NCBI RefSeq assembly: GCF_004010195.1
Contig: NC_057741.1
Span: forward strand, 25,811,147-25,875,146
Source of the DNA: Chiloscyllium plagiosum
Taxonomy: Eukaryota
Length of the DNA: 64,000 nt
Direction: 5' to 3'
Within the stretch, counting starts at the first letter, position 1. The number at the start of each line of letters is the position of its first letter. A program made the translations under genes and the position numbers. Below, piece after piece: positions 63,872-64,000 of this stretch. The notes below the pieces were generated by a model, which ran no database searches, was not told the origin of the DNA, and saw only the letters and a program-made list of their open reading frames with translations.

Positions 63872-64000
63872 GTGAGTCCTGTCCTTCATGGATTTCGGTT
63901 CTTTCATTGCACGGCTGTAAAGAGTTCAGGACTGGAACTGTTGTCAAGCCGTTTCCATAACAGCGCCTCGTGCTCCGGGCTCGGAGCCAGAACAGGGAGA

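Noticed and set aside
1-64000. CRISPR-like or other prokaryotic systems
   Set aside because: The recurring ~130-bp repeats are dispersed retroelement ends, not regularly spaced arrays, and the DNA is eukaryotic with spliced genes.

Overview
Vertebrate genomic DNA, almost certainly from a shark or ray. That assignment rests on the repeat content (HE1-like V-SINEs, SacSINE1-like DeuSINEs, HER1/CR1 LINEs); the species cannot be determined from the sequence. The one protein-coding gene I can identify is EXOSC3/RRP40 (+ strand, 4 exons, 47085-53941, 242 aa). Its last two coding exons are tandemly duplicated as two ~1.32 kb copies on either side of a 76-bp Penelope 3' fragment. Most of the rest is decayed and nested retroelements: an L1/Tx1 5' end, CR1, Rex1/Babar, Penelope, Gypsy, solo LTRs and three or four SINE families. 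There is also an 816-nt N gap. The most notable observations are: (1) the EXOSC3 exon 3-4 duplication, which looks like a giant target-site duplication (TSD) and whose insert supplies a new AATAAA; (2) a candidate, heavily degraded foamy-virus-like endogenous retrovirus (gag/pro/env-like remnants, minus strand, ~17.8-19.9 kb); (3) a dispersed family of ~130-bp Penelope-terminal elements with TSDs and a minimal hammerhead-ribozyme core at their 5' boundary; (4) a ~1.3-kb Penelope quasi-palindrome; (5) a possible first coding exon of a further gene at the right edge. All family assignments are from motif recognition by eye. No database searches were run, and repeat boundaries are approximate.
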